From contig OY730228.1 of assembly GCA_963422565.1 (NCBI GenBank), positions 2,817,802 through 2,881,801 on the forward strand: a DNA stretch of 64,000 nt, written 5' to 3'. Source of the DNA: Alphaproteobacteria bacterium (GTDB taxonomy: Bacteria > Pseudomonadota > Alphaproteobacteria > MPNO01). Below are positions 48,110 to 57,441 of the stretch, one piece after another (position 1 is the first letter of the stretch; each line of letters begins with the position of its first letter). The notes beneath the pieces were generated by a model. It was not told the DNA's origin and did not search any database. It worked only from the letters and a program-made list of their open reading frames with translations. Made by a program: the position numbers and the translations under genes.

Positions 48110-50260
48110 TCAGTCCGCCATGGCCGCCCGGCGAACCGCCTCGGGGGTGAACGGAAGACGGCGCAGCCGGAGGCCGGTGGCATCGTGGACGGCGTTGCCG
48201 ATCGCCGCCGCCGTTGGCCCGGCCGCCGCTTCTCCTGCGCCGAGGAACGCTTCGCCGGGCCGTTCCATCAGGACGGTCTCGACCTCGGGCACGTTGTCGA
48301 AACGAAGAACGGGATAGCCGTCCCAGTCGCGGCTCGTGACGCCGTCCCGGTCGAAGGTCACCTCTTCGTAAAGGGTCCAGCTCGCAGCCTGCAGGACGCC
48401 CCCCTCCATCTGCGCGACGAGCCCAGCGCGGTCGACGATCTCGCCCGCATCGGCGGCGACCACCATCCGGTGCAGCCGCAGGTCGGCCGCGTCGGTGACC
48501 TCCAGCTCCACGCCCACCGCCGCATAGGCCTGGAGATTCTTGTAGCGGGCGAAGCCGAGGCCGCGGCCCCGCCCCTCGACGGCCGGCCAGGCGTTCATGC
48601 GATGCGACGCCGCCTCCAGTGTCTCGCGCGCCCGAACGTCCTTCAGATGGGCGAGGCGGAACGCCACCGGGTCGATCCCCGCCGCCGCGGCGAGCTCGTC
48701 CAGGAAGCACTCGATCGCGAATATGTTGCCGTAGGCGCCGAGCGTGCGCAGCGCCGATGTCCGAAGCGGTAGACCGCGCACAAGGTTCTTGACCAGGCGG
48801 CGGTTGGGGAAGTCGTAAAGGGGGTCGAGATTGCGGTGGATCCCCATATGACGGACCAGAGCGGGCACCGGGACGAACCTGGGCGGCGGATCCGCGCGGT
48901 ATCGACTCGCCAGCAGCCGCGCCGCGCCGGCCTTCTCGGGACCCGCGCGCGGCCGCATGTTGAAGGTGTCGGAGTAGCTCTCATGCGACCATTCGAGAAC
49001 CTCGCCCTCCTCGGAGAGGCTCGCGCGCAGCATCATCGCCATGCAGCTTCCGTATGGCTCCCACGCATGTTCCTGCTCGCGGCTCCACTTGAGCAGAATC
49101 GGGGTCCCCGGCAGCGCCCGCGCGACCAGCGCCGCGTCGAACGCCGCGTCGTCGGCGCCGTTATGACCGTAGCAGCCGGGTCCCGGCGCGTGCGCGACCT
49201 CGATATCCTGCGGGTCCATACCGAGGGCCTCGGCGATCGCGTCGCGCAGCAGATAGACCCCTTGCGTGTGAGACCAGATGCGCAGCCGGCCGTTCTGCCA
49301 GTGGGCAAGCGCCGCCGACGGCCCGATCGAGCCATGCATGAGATAGGGCTTTTCGTAGCGCGCCTCCAGCATCGTCGCCGCGCCTCGTGGCGGCCTTCCG
49401 AGCGGCGGCACGGGTTCCTCTACGGGAGTTCCCTCGATGACGGGCAGGCTCTCCCGCTCGTTCGCCGTCAGCCGCTCATAGATGTCCTGCGGCGGTATCC
49501 CGGTCCCGATGTTCCACCGCGCGGCGTCGTAGATCTGCTCGGCGGCGCGCGCGGTCCCATATTCGTCGGCGCCGGCGACCGCTACGAAGCTGCCGTCTCT
49601 CACGACCGAGATCCCGCGCTCGGCCAGCCGTTGGTTCAGCGCCTCGTCGAGCGCCTCCAGGCGTGCCCCGTAATGGGGCGGACGAACGACGCGCGCGTGC
49701 AGCATTCCCGGCCGCGCCATGTCGTGGAGGAATTCGTAGCGGCCGGTCACGATCTCGGCCATCGCACGCGGCGTCGCCGCCGTGCCGACGATCCGGTGAT
49801 CCCGCGGCGGTTTGGCGGGGGCTTCCGTGTCGACCGGGATATCGAACGGCCGGCCGCCCTGGATGTCCCAATAGGTGACGCTGCGATTGGTCGCGCGCGA
49901 TCCGACCGTTCCGTCGTCGACCTCGAGGCTGTCGATATCGACGCCGAGTTCCGATGCCGCGCGCGCGATCATGTGGCGTCGGGCCGTCGCGGCTGCCGCG
50001 CGCGCGGCGTTTCCGGAGTCTTCCATGGAGAGGCTGCTCGCGGTGACGCCCTCGTTCGGGTCGATGCCGGTCCGCGTTCGGCTCACCTCGATCCGTTCGG
50101 GGTCCACGTCGAGCTCCTCTGCGGCGATCATCGCCAACGCGGTGGACACGCGTTGTCCGATATCGACCTTGCCGGTGCGGAGGAGAATGCGTCCGTCCGC
50201 GCCGATCGAAAGCCACTCGTCGAGGCCCGGATGTCTCGCGAGGCTGGAGCTAGACGGCAT
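48110..50260 (-). CDS. xanthine dehydrogenase family molybdopterin-binding subunit (IorB / aldehyde oxidoreductase beta-subunit type)
   Basis: 716 aa with IorB-like architecture (N-terminal MPSSSSLARHPGLDEWLSIGADGRI...) and two Mo-binding domains. Confidence 0.8.
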   Translation of the reverse strand: MPSSSSLARHPGLDEWLSIGADGRILLRTGKVDIGQRVSTALAMIAAEELDVDPERIEVSRTRTGIDPNEGVTASSLSMEDSGNAARAAAATARRHMIARAASELGVDIDSLEVDDGTVGSRATNRSVTYWDIQGGRPFDIPVDTEAPAKPPRDHRIVGTAATPRAMAEIVTGRYEFLHDMARPGMLHARVVRPPHYGARLEALDEALNQRLAERGISVVRDGSFVAVAGADEYGTARAAEQIYDAARWNIGTGIPPQDIYERLTANERESLPVIEGTPVEEPVPPLGRPPRGAATMLEARYEKPYLMHGSIGPSAALAHWQNGRLRIWSHTQGVYLLRDAIAEALGMDPQDIEVAHAPGPGCYGHNGADDAAFDAALVARALPGTPILLKWSREQEHAWEPYGSCMAMMLRASLSEEGEVLEWSHESYSDTFNMRPRAGPEKAGAARLLASRYRADPPPRFVPVPALVRHMGIHRNLDPLYDFPNRRLVKNLVRGLPLRTSALRTLGAYGNIFAIECFLDELAAAAGIDPVAFRLAHLKDVRARETLEAASHRMNAWPAVEGRGRGLGFARYKNLQAYAAVGVELEVTDAADLRLHRMVVAADAGEIVDRAGLVAQMEGGVLQAASWTLYEEVTFDRDGVTSRDWDGYPVLRFDNVPEVETVLMERPGEAFLGAGEAAAGPTAAAIGNAVHDATGLRLRRLPFTPEAVRRAAMAD

Positions 50261-50723
50261 CGCGGATCTCCCGGCAGGCCCGGTCGACGGCTGCGAGGAC
50301 GCGCGCCTGCGAGCCGCAGCGGCAAAGATGGCCGTGCAGCGCCTCCGCGAGGGCGTTCCTCGCCGGGGCCGGGGTCTTCTTCAGGAGCGCCGTCGCGGCC
50401 ACGACCATGCCGGTGGTGCAGTAGCCGCACTGGGCCGCCCCCTCGGCGACGAAGGCCCGCTGCACGGCCGCGCCGACCCGGTCGCGCTCGAGCGCTTCGA
50501 CGGTGACGATCTCGCTGTCGACAAATTCCGACGCTGCCCGGACGCAGCTCTGGACGCTCTCCCCGTCGACCAGAACCGTGCAGGCGCCGCATTGTTCGAG
50601 CGCGCAGCCGAGCTTGGCGCCCTTGAGGCCGAGCTCGTTGCGTAGCACATAGATCAGCGGAACGGCGGGATCGCATGTCACCTCGCGGGCCTCGCCGTTG
50701 ACGCCGAGTGTCAATCTCTCCAT
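50250..50723 (-). CDS. (2Fe-2S)-binding protein (IorA-like small subunit)
   Basis: 157 aa with two cysteine clusters: a plant-ferredoxin-type CGAC...C and CGYCTTG...CRCGS. Confidence 0.85.
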   Translation of the reverse strand: MERLTLGVNGEAREVTCDPAVPLIYVLRNELGLKGAKLGCALEQCGACTVLVDGESVQSCVRAASEFVDSEIVTVEALERDRVGAAVQRAFVAEGAAQCGYCTTGMVVAATALLKKTPAPARNALAEALHGHLCRCGSQARVLAAVDRACREIRDAV

Positions 50724-51005
50724 GGAACGACCGTGGCGGTTGTGGGGGACTCTTCGGAAGGACTCGCCGGCCGCGGCGGAGGGGAAGGGCGGCGCGGCGC
50801 CGGCGACCTTACGCAGCCCGGCCGTCCCCGTCCATGCGGTGCCCCACGAGCGCCGACCGGTCTGGCGTGGCGCGTGCCTGCAGGCCGGATGCGGCAACGG
50901 CGCCCGCATCGCGCAGCGACCCGACGGACCCGTCCCGGATATCCCGCAGGTCGGCGCCGATGTCGCGCCGGGACAGGGCGCGCCCGCCGGTCTTCGTCGG
51001 GGTCC

Positions 51006-51230
51006 CTATCCGCCCTTGCGTATGGCAATCCGATAGACGCCGCCGTCCTGCGACCAGTCGACGAAGCCATGCGCCGTTTCCGCGCAGAACGCCTGGAAAT
51101 CGCCGACGGCGGCCGTGTCGGTGGCGAGGACCAGGAGCGTCTCCCCGGCCGCCAGCGCCCGCAGCGCTTTGCGCGCGCGCAGCACCGGCAGCGGGCATTT
51201 CAAGCCCGTCGCGTCCAGCGTCGCAGCCAT
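51006..51230 (-). CDS. TusA-like sulfurtransferase (SirA/YedF/YeeD family)
   Basis: 74 aa with the CPxP active-site motif in GLKCPLPVLRARKAL. Confidence 0.8.
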   Translation of the reverse strand: MAATLDATGLKCPLPVLRARKALRALAAGETLLVLATDTAAVGDFQAFCAETAHGFVDWSQDGGVYRIAIRKGG

Positions 51231-51261
51231 TATCGCGCTCCTTCGGAGGGCGGCCTCCGGC

Positions 51262-51336
51262 TGGCTGGGGCGCCAGGATTCGAACCTGGGATCACGGGAT
51301 CAAAACCCGTTGCCTTACCGCTTGGCTACGCCCCAG
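51262..51336 (-). tRNA. tRNA-Gln (anticodon UUG)
   Basis: Reverse complement TGGGGCGTAGCCAAGCGGTAAGGCAACGGGTTTTGATCCCGTGATCCCAGGTTCGAATCCTGGCGCCCCAGCCA. Cloverleaf is consistent, the anticodon loop is UUUUGAU, and CCA is encoded. It closely resembles bacterial tRNA-Gln. Confidence 0.9.
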
Positions 51337-51354
51337 CGACCGGCGCGGGCAAAA

Positions 51355-52305
51355 TTAGGTTCGGCGCGAGCGCTCGGCAAGCGCCGGATCGGCCGAAGAA
51401 CGGCCCACGGGACAGGCCGCGCGGACCGCCGCCGCTCGCACCCACCAGGACGGCTCCGCCGCGCCGATGCGCCGGGCCGCCCGTGCCGCCGCCTCGGCCT
51501 GCGCGAACATGCCGAAGCAGGTCGGGCCGCTTCCCGTCATCCGCGCCAGAAGACAGCCTTCCTGGGCGGCGGTCGCCGTCAGGACCCGTTCGACGGCGGG
51601 CGCCGCCGCTGCTGCTGCCGCCGTCAGGTCGTTGGGCAGTGCTCCGAGCCAGGCGGCGAAGCCCGCCGCATCTCGGGGCACGGCGGGGGGGCGTCCGCGC
51701 GGCGGCGAAAACGGCCCGCGGCGCCGTGCGTAGACATCGCCCGCGGCGAGCCGCATCCCGGGGTTCGCCAGCACGAGGTGCAGGTCCGGCAAGGGCGGCG
51801 CCGCGGCGACCCGCTCGCCGATGCCAGAGACGAAGGCCGGACGTCCGAACAGGCACACCGGGACGTCAGCTCCGAGGCCCAAGGCCAGGCGGTCCCGCCG
51901 TTCGGGTTCGAGATCGAGACGCCAGAGCCGTTCCATCCCGGTCAACACCGCCGCCGCGTCGGAGGAACCGCCGCCGAGGCCGGCGGCCACCGGCAGCGAT
52001 TTGGTGAGCGTGAGGCGCAGCGCGGGCTCCCGGCCGACCAGGGCGGCGAGCCGATGGGCGGCGATGGCGGCCAGATTGGAAGCCGCCGGCCCCGCCGCAC
52101 CGGCGAAGGTGCCGGCGACCCGGAGAGCGAAACGCTCGGCCGGGGCAAGCCCGACGAGATCGGCGAGGTCGGCGAAAACCACGAAGCTCTCGATGAGATG
52201 GTAGCCGTCGCCGCGCCGTCCGACGATCCCGAGGGTCAGGTTGATCTTCGCGGCAGCCGCGACGCGGAGACCCGCCGATGGCGGTCGCGCGCCCTCTGCC
52301 CTCAA
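51355..52305 (-). CDS. ispE: 4-(cytidine 5'-diphospho)-2-C-methyl-D-erythritol kinase
   Basis: GHMP kinase motifs AKINLTLGIVGRRGDGYH and LPVAAGLGGGSSDAAAV. The start is uncertain, either TTG 52305 or an in-frame ATG at 52422/52458 that would overlap the TPR gene. Confidence 0.8.
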   Translation of the reverse strand: MRAEGARPPSAGLRVAAAAKINLTLGIVGRRGDGYHLIESFVVFADLADLVGLAPAERFALRVAGTFAGAAGPAASNLAAIAAHRLAALVGREPALRLTLTKSLPVAAGLGGGSSDAAAVLTGMERLWRLDLEPERRDRLALGLGADVPVCLFGRPAFVSGIGERVAAAPPLPDLHLVLANPGMRLAAGDVYARRRGPFSPPRGRPPAVPRDAAGFAAWLGALPNDLTAAAAAAAPAVERVLTATAAQEGCLLARMTGSGPTCFGMFAQAEAAARAARRIGAAEPSWWVRAAAVRAACPVGRSSADPALAERSRRT

Positions 52306-54128
52306 CGCGCCGCGCCGGCGGGCACGGTCTTCGCCTCGGCGGGGTCGAGGCCGTCGGCGACCTTTCCGCGAATGTCCTCGACCTGTCCGGGCTCCGGATC
52401 GAAGCCGAGGGCGCGCGACCATTGCGCCCGCGCCTCGACGCGCCGACCGACCCGCCAATAGGCGTCGCCCAGATGATCGTTGATCGTCGGGTCCTGGGGC
52501 CGAAGCTCGGCGGCGCGCTCGAGCCAGGTGACGGCTTCTTCGTACCGGCCTATGCGGTAATAGGCCCAGCCGAGGCTGTCGACGATATTGCCGTCATTCC
52601 GTCGGAGGGCGAGGGCGCGGTTGATGAGCTCCAGCCCGCGCTCGAGATTCACGCCCTGATCGACCCAGGAATAGCCGAGATAGTTCATCACGTAGGGGTC
52701 GTCGGGGTTTAGCTCGAGGGCGCGGAGCAGGTCCTTCTCCGCCAGCTTCCACCGACCGGATCGTTCGAGGGCGACGCCACGGTAATAGAACAGCCGCCAA
52801 TGGCGCTGCTCGACAGAATCGAGTCGCGTGACCGCCGAATCGTAGGCCGCCGCCGCTTCGGCGAATCTCTCCCCTCTCCGCAGCAGGTCTCCGAGCGCAA
52901 TCAAGGCGTCGATGCGGTCGCCGCGCTCTTCCGCCATCCGACGGAACTCGGCGACCGCATCCTCCCGCCGCGCGCTCTCCGCCATGAGCACCGCCCGCCG
53001 AAGCTGCGCCGACCAGTGGAAGGGCGATCGCGAGCCTATCCGATCATAGACCGCGATCGCGTCCTCGGCGCGTCCGATCCTCTCGAGCATCATGCCGAGG
53101 TTCATCTTGCCGAGATCGAAGTCCGGTCTCAGCGCCAGCGCCAGCCGACCGCAGCCCAGCGCGAACTGGGACCTCGCATCGTTGAACAACATCACGGCCG
53201 TGGAGAAGAAGACCTCCGCCATGCCGTCGCGCGCGTTCTCGACGGCCGGCCCCGCCGGCGGCGCACCCGAGGCGAGGCGATCCAGGGCGCTTTCCCACGC
53301 CGGCGAGGCGCCGTGGCGCGCGACCCGCTCCCGGTAGAGCGTCTCGGCCTCCCCCGGGCGGCCGCTGCGCTCGTACAGCGAGCCGATCGCCTGGACCAGC
53401 CGCGGCAAGCGCCAACGATCCATGGCCGCACGGTAGCGCCGCTCCGCCTCGTCGGTCCGGCCGGCCAGATCGAGGATCAGCCCGGCATGATACTCGGTCT
53501 GCGAGTTCAGTATCTTGGAGACCGTCCCCAGGCTCGCGACCGTCTCGAGCGCCGCGTCGATCCGGCCCTGCCCCACCTGCGACCAGGCGCGCAGGAGGGG
53601 CAGTATGAACACCCCCCTTGCGCGCCCGTACAGGGCGGCGATTCGTGTCTCGGCCCGGTCGAACGCGCCGCTCCCGGCCTCGTCGAGCAGCAGCACCATA
53701 TGCGCCAGCGTGTCCGCATCCGAGAGCGCGCCGCGGGGTTCGGTGCGCGCCAGGCGCGGCGCGAGCTTCCGGGCGGCGTCCATCCGGCCGCTCAAGAGAT
53801 GGGCGACGAACGCCTCGCCGACCAGGGCCCGGTCGCCGGGGGCGGTTTCCAGCGCCGCCGACATCAGCGCCGCGGCGCTGCCGAAATCTCCCTGCCCGGC
53901 GGCGAACCTTCCCGCCAGATAGTTGCCCGCCGCCGAGGGAACGGCTGCTTTGCCTGCCGCCGGGCGGGCGGAGTCGGCAGCGGCCCCGGGCAGCAGGGCC
54001 GAGTCGGGTCCGGATGCCAGCACGGCACCTGTCACCCCGAGAAGCAGCATCGCTGCCGCGCGGGCATGCTTCGGCCGTGACGGAGCTATCAGCCAGCAGA
54101 CATATCCCACGGCCAACAGGATCACCAT
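52302..54128 (-). CDS. tetratricopeptide-repeat protein with N-terminal membrane anchor
   Basis: About 608 aa with one N-terminal hydrophobic helix and multiple TPR-like repeats (e.g. WRLFYYRGVALERSGRWKLAEKDLLRALELNPDDPYVMNYLGYSW). Confidence 0.75.
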   Translation of the reverse strand: MVILLAVGYVCWLIAPSRPKHARAAAMLLLGVTGAVLASGPDSALLPGAAADSARPAAGKAAVPSAAGNYLAGRFAAGQGDFGSAAALMSAALETAPGDRALVGEAFVAHLLSGRMDAARKLAPRLARTEPRGALSDADTLAHMVLLLDEAGSGAFDRAETRIAALYGRARGVFILPLLRAWSQVGQGRIDAALETVASLGTVSKILNSQTEYHAGLILDLAGRTDEAERRYRAAMDRWRLPRLVQAIGSLYERSGRPGEAETLYRERVARHGASPAWESALDRLASGAPPAGPAVENARDGMAEVFFSTAVMLFNDARSQFALGCGRLALALRPDFDLGKMNLGMMLERIGRAEDAIAVYDRIGSRSPFHWSAQLRRAVLMAESARREDAVAEFRRMAEERGDRIDALIALGDLLRRGERFAEAAAAYDSAVTRLDSVEQRHWRLFYYRGVALERSGRWKLAEKDLLRALELNPDDPYVMNYLGYSWVDQGVNLERGLELINRALALRRNDGNIVDSLGWAYYRIGRYEEAVTWLERAAELRPQDPTINDHLGDAYWRVGRRVEARAQWSRALGFDPEPGQVEDIRGKVADGLDPAEAKTVPAGAAR

Positions 54129-54300
54129 GTCAGGTCGGCGGCCGCCACGAGGCCTGCGCGTCGCCGCGGCGCGGCCGCATCTCTCGTGAGTATACACGGC
54201 CCCGCCGCCGCCGGCAGCGATCGCGCGAGTCGAGTTGTCCGGTATTGCACGGCCGGGCTACAGTCCGGCATCGTCGAGGAAATCAAAGAACGAGGCAACG

Positions 54301-54807
54301 ATGCGCGCAAGGGATGAAGTGCGAGGCCGGTACGTGGTCCGCCAGCCCGCTGAGGGACCCTCCTACTGGCAGCCGGTGCCGGCGAGCGGCCACGCGGACC
54401 CGAAGCTGGTGCCCGCGGACACCGGCTACGAAGCGCTGTCGATGGGCTTTCAGACCATCGCGCCCGGATGCCGGGTGCGAGAGCATTCCCACCCGGACCA
54501 GATCGAGTTGCTGATCTGCTTCCGCGGCACAGGCTCGGTCAATATCGACCGCGAGCCGCATCCGATGACGCCGGGGACGGCATGTTTTCTCGGATATGAC
54601 GTGAAGCACGAGATCGTAAACCAGACAGAAGACGAGCTGGTGCTGATGTGGGTGATCGCTCCTGCCGGGCTCGAGGATTTCTTCGCCGAGATCGGCCGTC
54701 CGCGCGATGCGGGCCGGCCGGCCCCGGCCCCGTTCGCCAGACCCGGGAATGTCGTCGGGCTCGAGCGCAGCATGGGCATGAACGACACGGTCGCCGACCC
54801 CGCTTGA
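54301..54807 (+). CDS. cupin domain protein
   Basis: The cupin motif pair G..R.H.H and ...G....H is present. Confidence 0.65.
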   Translation: MRARDEVRGRYVVRQPAEGPSYWQPVPASGHADPKLVPADTGYEALSMGFQTIAPGCRVREHSHPDQIELLICFRGTGSVNIDREPHPMTPGTACFLGYDVKHEIVNQTEDELVLMWVIAPAGLEDFFAEIGRPRDAGRPAPAPFARPGNVVGLERSMGMNDTVADPA

Positions 54808-54828
54808 GGCGCGGCAAGGAGCAGCAGG

Positions 54829-55629
54829 ATGCCGAAGATCGATATCGGCGACGCCGAGATCCACTACGAGTCGCACGGCGACGGCCCGCCCTTGATGCTG
54901 GTCCCGGGCCTCGGCGGCAGCGGCACGTTCTGGCGGGGGCAGGTCGATGCGTTCGCCGCCCATTTCCGGGTCGTCACCCACGACCATCGCGGCACCGGGC
55001 TCAGCACTCACTCCCGGATCGCCTATTCCGTCGATCAGATGGCCGCCGACGCGCTCAAGCTGATGGACGCGCTCGGCATCGAATCGGCGCATTACGCCGG
55101 CCATTCCACCGGCGGTGCGATGGGTCAGATCATCGCCCAGGACGCCGGACACCGGCTCAAATCCCTCGTGCTCTCGGCGACCTGGGCGGGGCAGGACGCG
55201 TATTTCAGGCGCTGCTTCGAGATGCGCAAGCTGGTGCTTCAGACCTGCGGGGTGCTCGAATACGCCAGGACCTCCTCGCTCGCCCTGCTGCCCCCGTGGT
55301 GGATATTCGAGAACGATGCAGAGCTCGATCGGCAGAACCAGGCGCAGGCCGACGACCATCCGCCGGTCGAGGTCCTGGCGAGCCGCATCGACGCCATCAT
55401 GGCGTTCGACCGGCGCGCCCGCATGGCCGACATCTCGGTTCCGTGCCTCGTCATCGTCGCCCGCGACGATGCGGTCACCCCGGCCTACATGTCGGAGGAG
55501 CTGGCAAGCGGCATCCCCGGCGCGCGCTACTGCCTGCTGGAGCGCGGCGGCCACTACGCCCCCGTCATCGTCGCCGAGGACTATAACGAACCGGTGCTGG
55601 ACTTCCTGCTCGCCCGGACCGGCGGCTGA
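54829..55629 (+). CDS. alpha/beta hydrolase (3-oxoadipate enol-lactonase-like)
   Basis: 266 aa with HGDGPPLMLVPGLGGS, the nucleophile elbow GHSTGG and a C-terminal His. Confidence 0.82.
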   Translation: MPKIDIGDAEIHYESHGDGPPLMLVPGLGGSGTFWRGQVDAFAAHFRVVTHDHRGTGLSTHSRIAYSVDQMAADALKLMDALGIESAHYAGHSTGGAMGQIIAQDAGHRLKSLVLSATWAGQDAYFRRCFEMRKLVLQTCGVLEYARTSSLALLPPWWIFENDAELDRQNQAQADDHPPVEVLASRIDAIMAFDRRARMADISVPCLVIVARDDAVTPAYMSEELASGIPGARYCLLERGGHYAPVIVAEDYNEPVLDFLLARTGG

Positions 55630-55657
55630 ACGCGATCCGCCCGCGCGGTGCCGGGCG

Positions 55658-56596
55658 ATGAGGCGGATCGGGGTCTTCGGTGCCGGCGCCTGGGGATCGG
55701 CTCTCGCCATCGTCGCCGCTGAAGCCGGCCGGGAGACCGTGCTCTGGGGACGCCGCCCGCCTTGCCCGGGAGACCGGGAGACGCCGCGCGCCGGCGCCCG
55801 AACCTCGAATCTGGCGGAGGCGGCGGCCGGGCTCGACGCGGCGCTTCTGGCGGTGCCGGCCCAGGCGCTGCGGGAGGTCGCGCGCCGCCTCGCGCCCGTG
55901 CTCGGCGCCGCCGTCCCCGTGGTCGTCTGCGCCAAGGGAATCGAGCGGAACACGCTGATGACCGTGAGCGAGGTCGCGTCGGAAGCCCTGCCCGGCCGGC
56001 CGATCTCCGTGCTTTCCGGCCCCACCTTCGCCGACGAGATCGCCCGCGCGAGGCCGAGCGCGGCGACGCTCGCGGCGGCGGACGCGGGTCTGGCGGCGCG
56101 GCTGGCCGCAGCGCTGCGGACGCCCGCATTCCGGCCCTATCACGGCACCGACGTGGCGGGGGCGGAGCTCGGCGGCGCGGTCAAGAACGTCCTCGCCATC
56201 GCCTGCGGGATTACCGAGGGGCGCGGGCTCGGCGAGAACGCGCGCGCCGCTCTGATCACCCGCGGGCTGGCCGAGATGACCAGGCTCGCAGTCGCCAAGG
56301 GCGGCCGGGCGGAGACGATGACGGGTCTCGCCGGGCTCGGCGATCTCGTCCTGACCTGCACGAGCGGGACCTCGCGCAACTATGCGGCGGGCGTGGCGGT
56401 CGGCCGCGGCGACGCCGCCGCGGCGGGGATACTGGTCGAGGGCGTGCCGACCAGCGCTGCGCTGCCGGCCCTCGCGCGCCGCCACGGTGTCGAGATGCCG
56501 ATCGCGGAGGCGGTCGATGCGATCCTGAACCGGGATGCCGATATCGACGCGGTGGTCGCCGGGCTTCTCGCCCGGCCTCTGCGGGCGGAGACCTGA
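55658..56596 (+). CDS. gpsA: NAD(P)H-dependent glycerol-3-phosphate dehydrogenase
   Basis: IGVFGAGAWGSALA Rossmann fold and GLGENARAALITRGLAEM, with the conserved Lys in GAVKNV. Confidence 0.88.
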   Translation: MRRIGVFGAGAWGSALAIVAAEAGRETVLWGRRPPCPGDRETPRAGARTSNLAEAAAGLDAALLAVPAQALREVARRLAPVLGAAVPVVVCAKGIERNTLMTVSEVASEALPGRPISVLSGPTFADEIARARPSAATLAAADAGLAARLAAALRTPAFRPYHGTDVAGAELGGAVKNVLAIACGITEGRGLGENARAALITRGLAEMTRLAVAKGGRAETMTGLAGLGDLVLTCTSGTSRNYAAGVAVGRGDAAAAGILVEGVPTSAALPALARRHGVEMPIAEAVDAILNRDADIDAVVAGLLARPLRAET

Positions 56597-56618
56597 GCGC
56601 GGCAACGAGGGGAAGGGG

Positions 56619-57032
56619 ATGCGCTACTGGCTGTTCAAGTCCGAGCCCGGCGCCTGGTCGTGGGAGGACCATGTCCGCGCCGGGACCGCCGAATGGGACG
56701 GGGTGCGAAACTATCAGGCCGATAACAACATGAAGGCGATGCGCGTGGGCGACCGCGGCTTCTTCTACCATTCGGTCAACCCGCGCGAGATCGTCGGCAT
56801 CGTGGAAATCGTCCGCGAACACTATCCCGACTCGACGGATCCCAAGGGCCGTTTCGGCATGGTCGACCTGAAGGCGTTGATGCCCGTCGCGGCCCCGGTA
56901 TCGCTGGCCGCCATCAAGGCCGAGCCGGCGCTCGCCGGGATGGCGCTTATCCGTCAGTCGCGCCTTTCGGTCTTGCCGGTGGGCGCCGAAGAATGGTCCA
57001 TCCTCTGCCGCATGGCGGGGATTCGCGCGTGA
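56619..57032 (+). CDS. EVE (PUA-like) domain protein
   Basis: MRYWLFKSEPGAWSWED...MRVGDRGFFYHS is typical of EVE/YTH-like domains. Confidence 0.8.
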   Translation: MRYWLFKSEPGAWSWEDHVRAGTAEWDGVRNYQADNNMKAMRVGDRGFFYHSVNPREIVGIVEIVREHYPDSTDPKGRFGMVDLKALMPVAAPVSLAAIKAEPALAGMALIRQSRLSVLPVGAEEWSILCRMAGIRA

Positions 57033-57358
57033 CCGCGGCGGCCGCGCAGCTCTGCCGGCTCGACGAAATCCCCGATCCCGGAGGCAGGGGTTTCGTCCCG
57101 CCGGACCGGCCGCCGTTCTTCGTCGTTCGGCGTGGTGGACGAGTCTGGGGCTATGTCAATTCCTGCCCCCATCAAGGCGTCACCCTCGATTGGAAGCCGG
57201 ACAGCTTTCTGAGCCCCGAAAAGGACCTCATCCAATGCGCCACGCATGGCGCGAGATTCGTCATCGAGACCGGGCGCTGCATCGCCGGACCCTGCCCGGG
57301 AAGATCGCTGACGCCGGTTCCGCTGCGTCTCGCCGACGGCATGGTGATCCTAAACTGA
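57029..57358 (+). CDS. Rieske (2Fe-2S) domain protein
   Basis: CPHQG...CATHGARF Rieske motifs. The likely GTG start overlaps the EVE gene's stop. Confidence 0.75.
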   Translation: MTAAAAQLCRLDEIPDPGGRGFVPPDRPPFFVVRRGGRVWGYVNSCPHQGVTLDWKPDSFLSPEKDLIQCATHGARFVIETGRCIAGPCPGRSLTPVPLRLADGMVILN

Positions 57359-57441
57359 GGCCGCCGCGTTCTTGTTTCGCATCGGTTCCGCCCACATAAT
57401 CCGGCGATCGGGTTTCGGGAGATCCGACGGGGGGACGAGAC

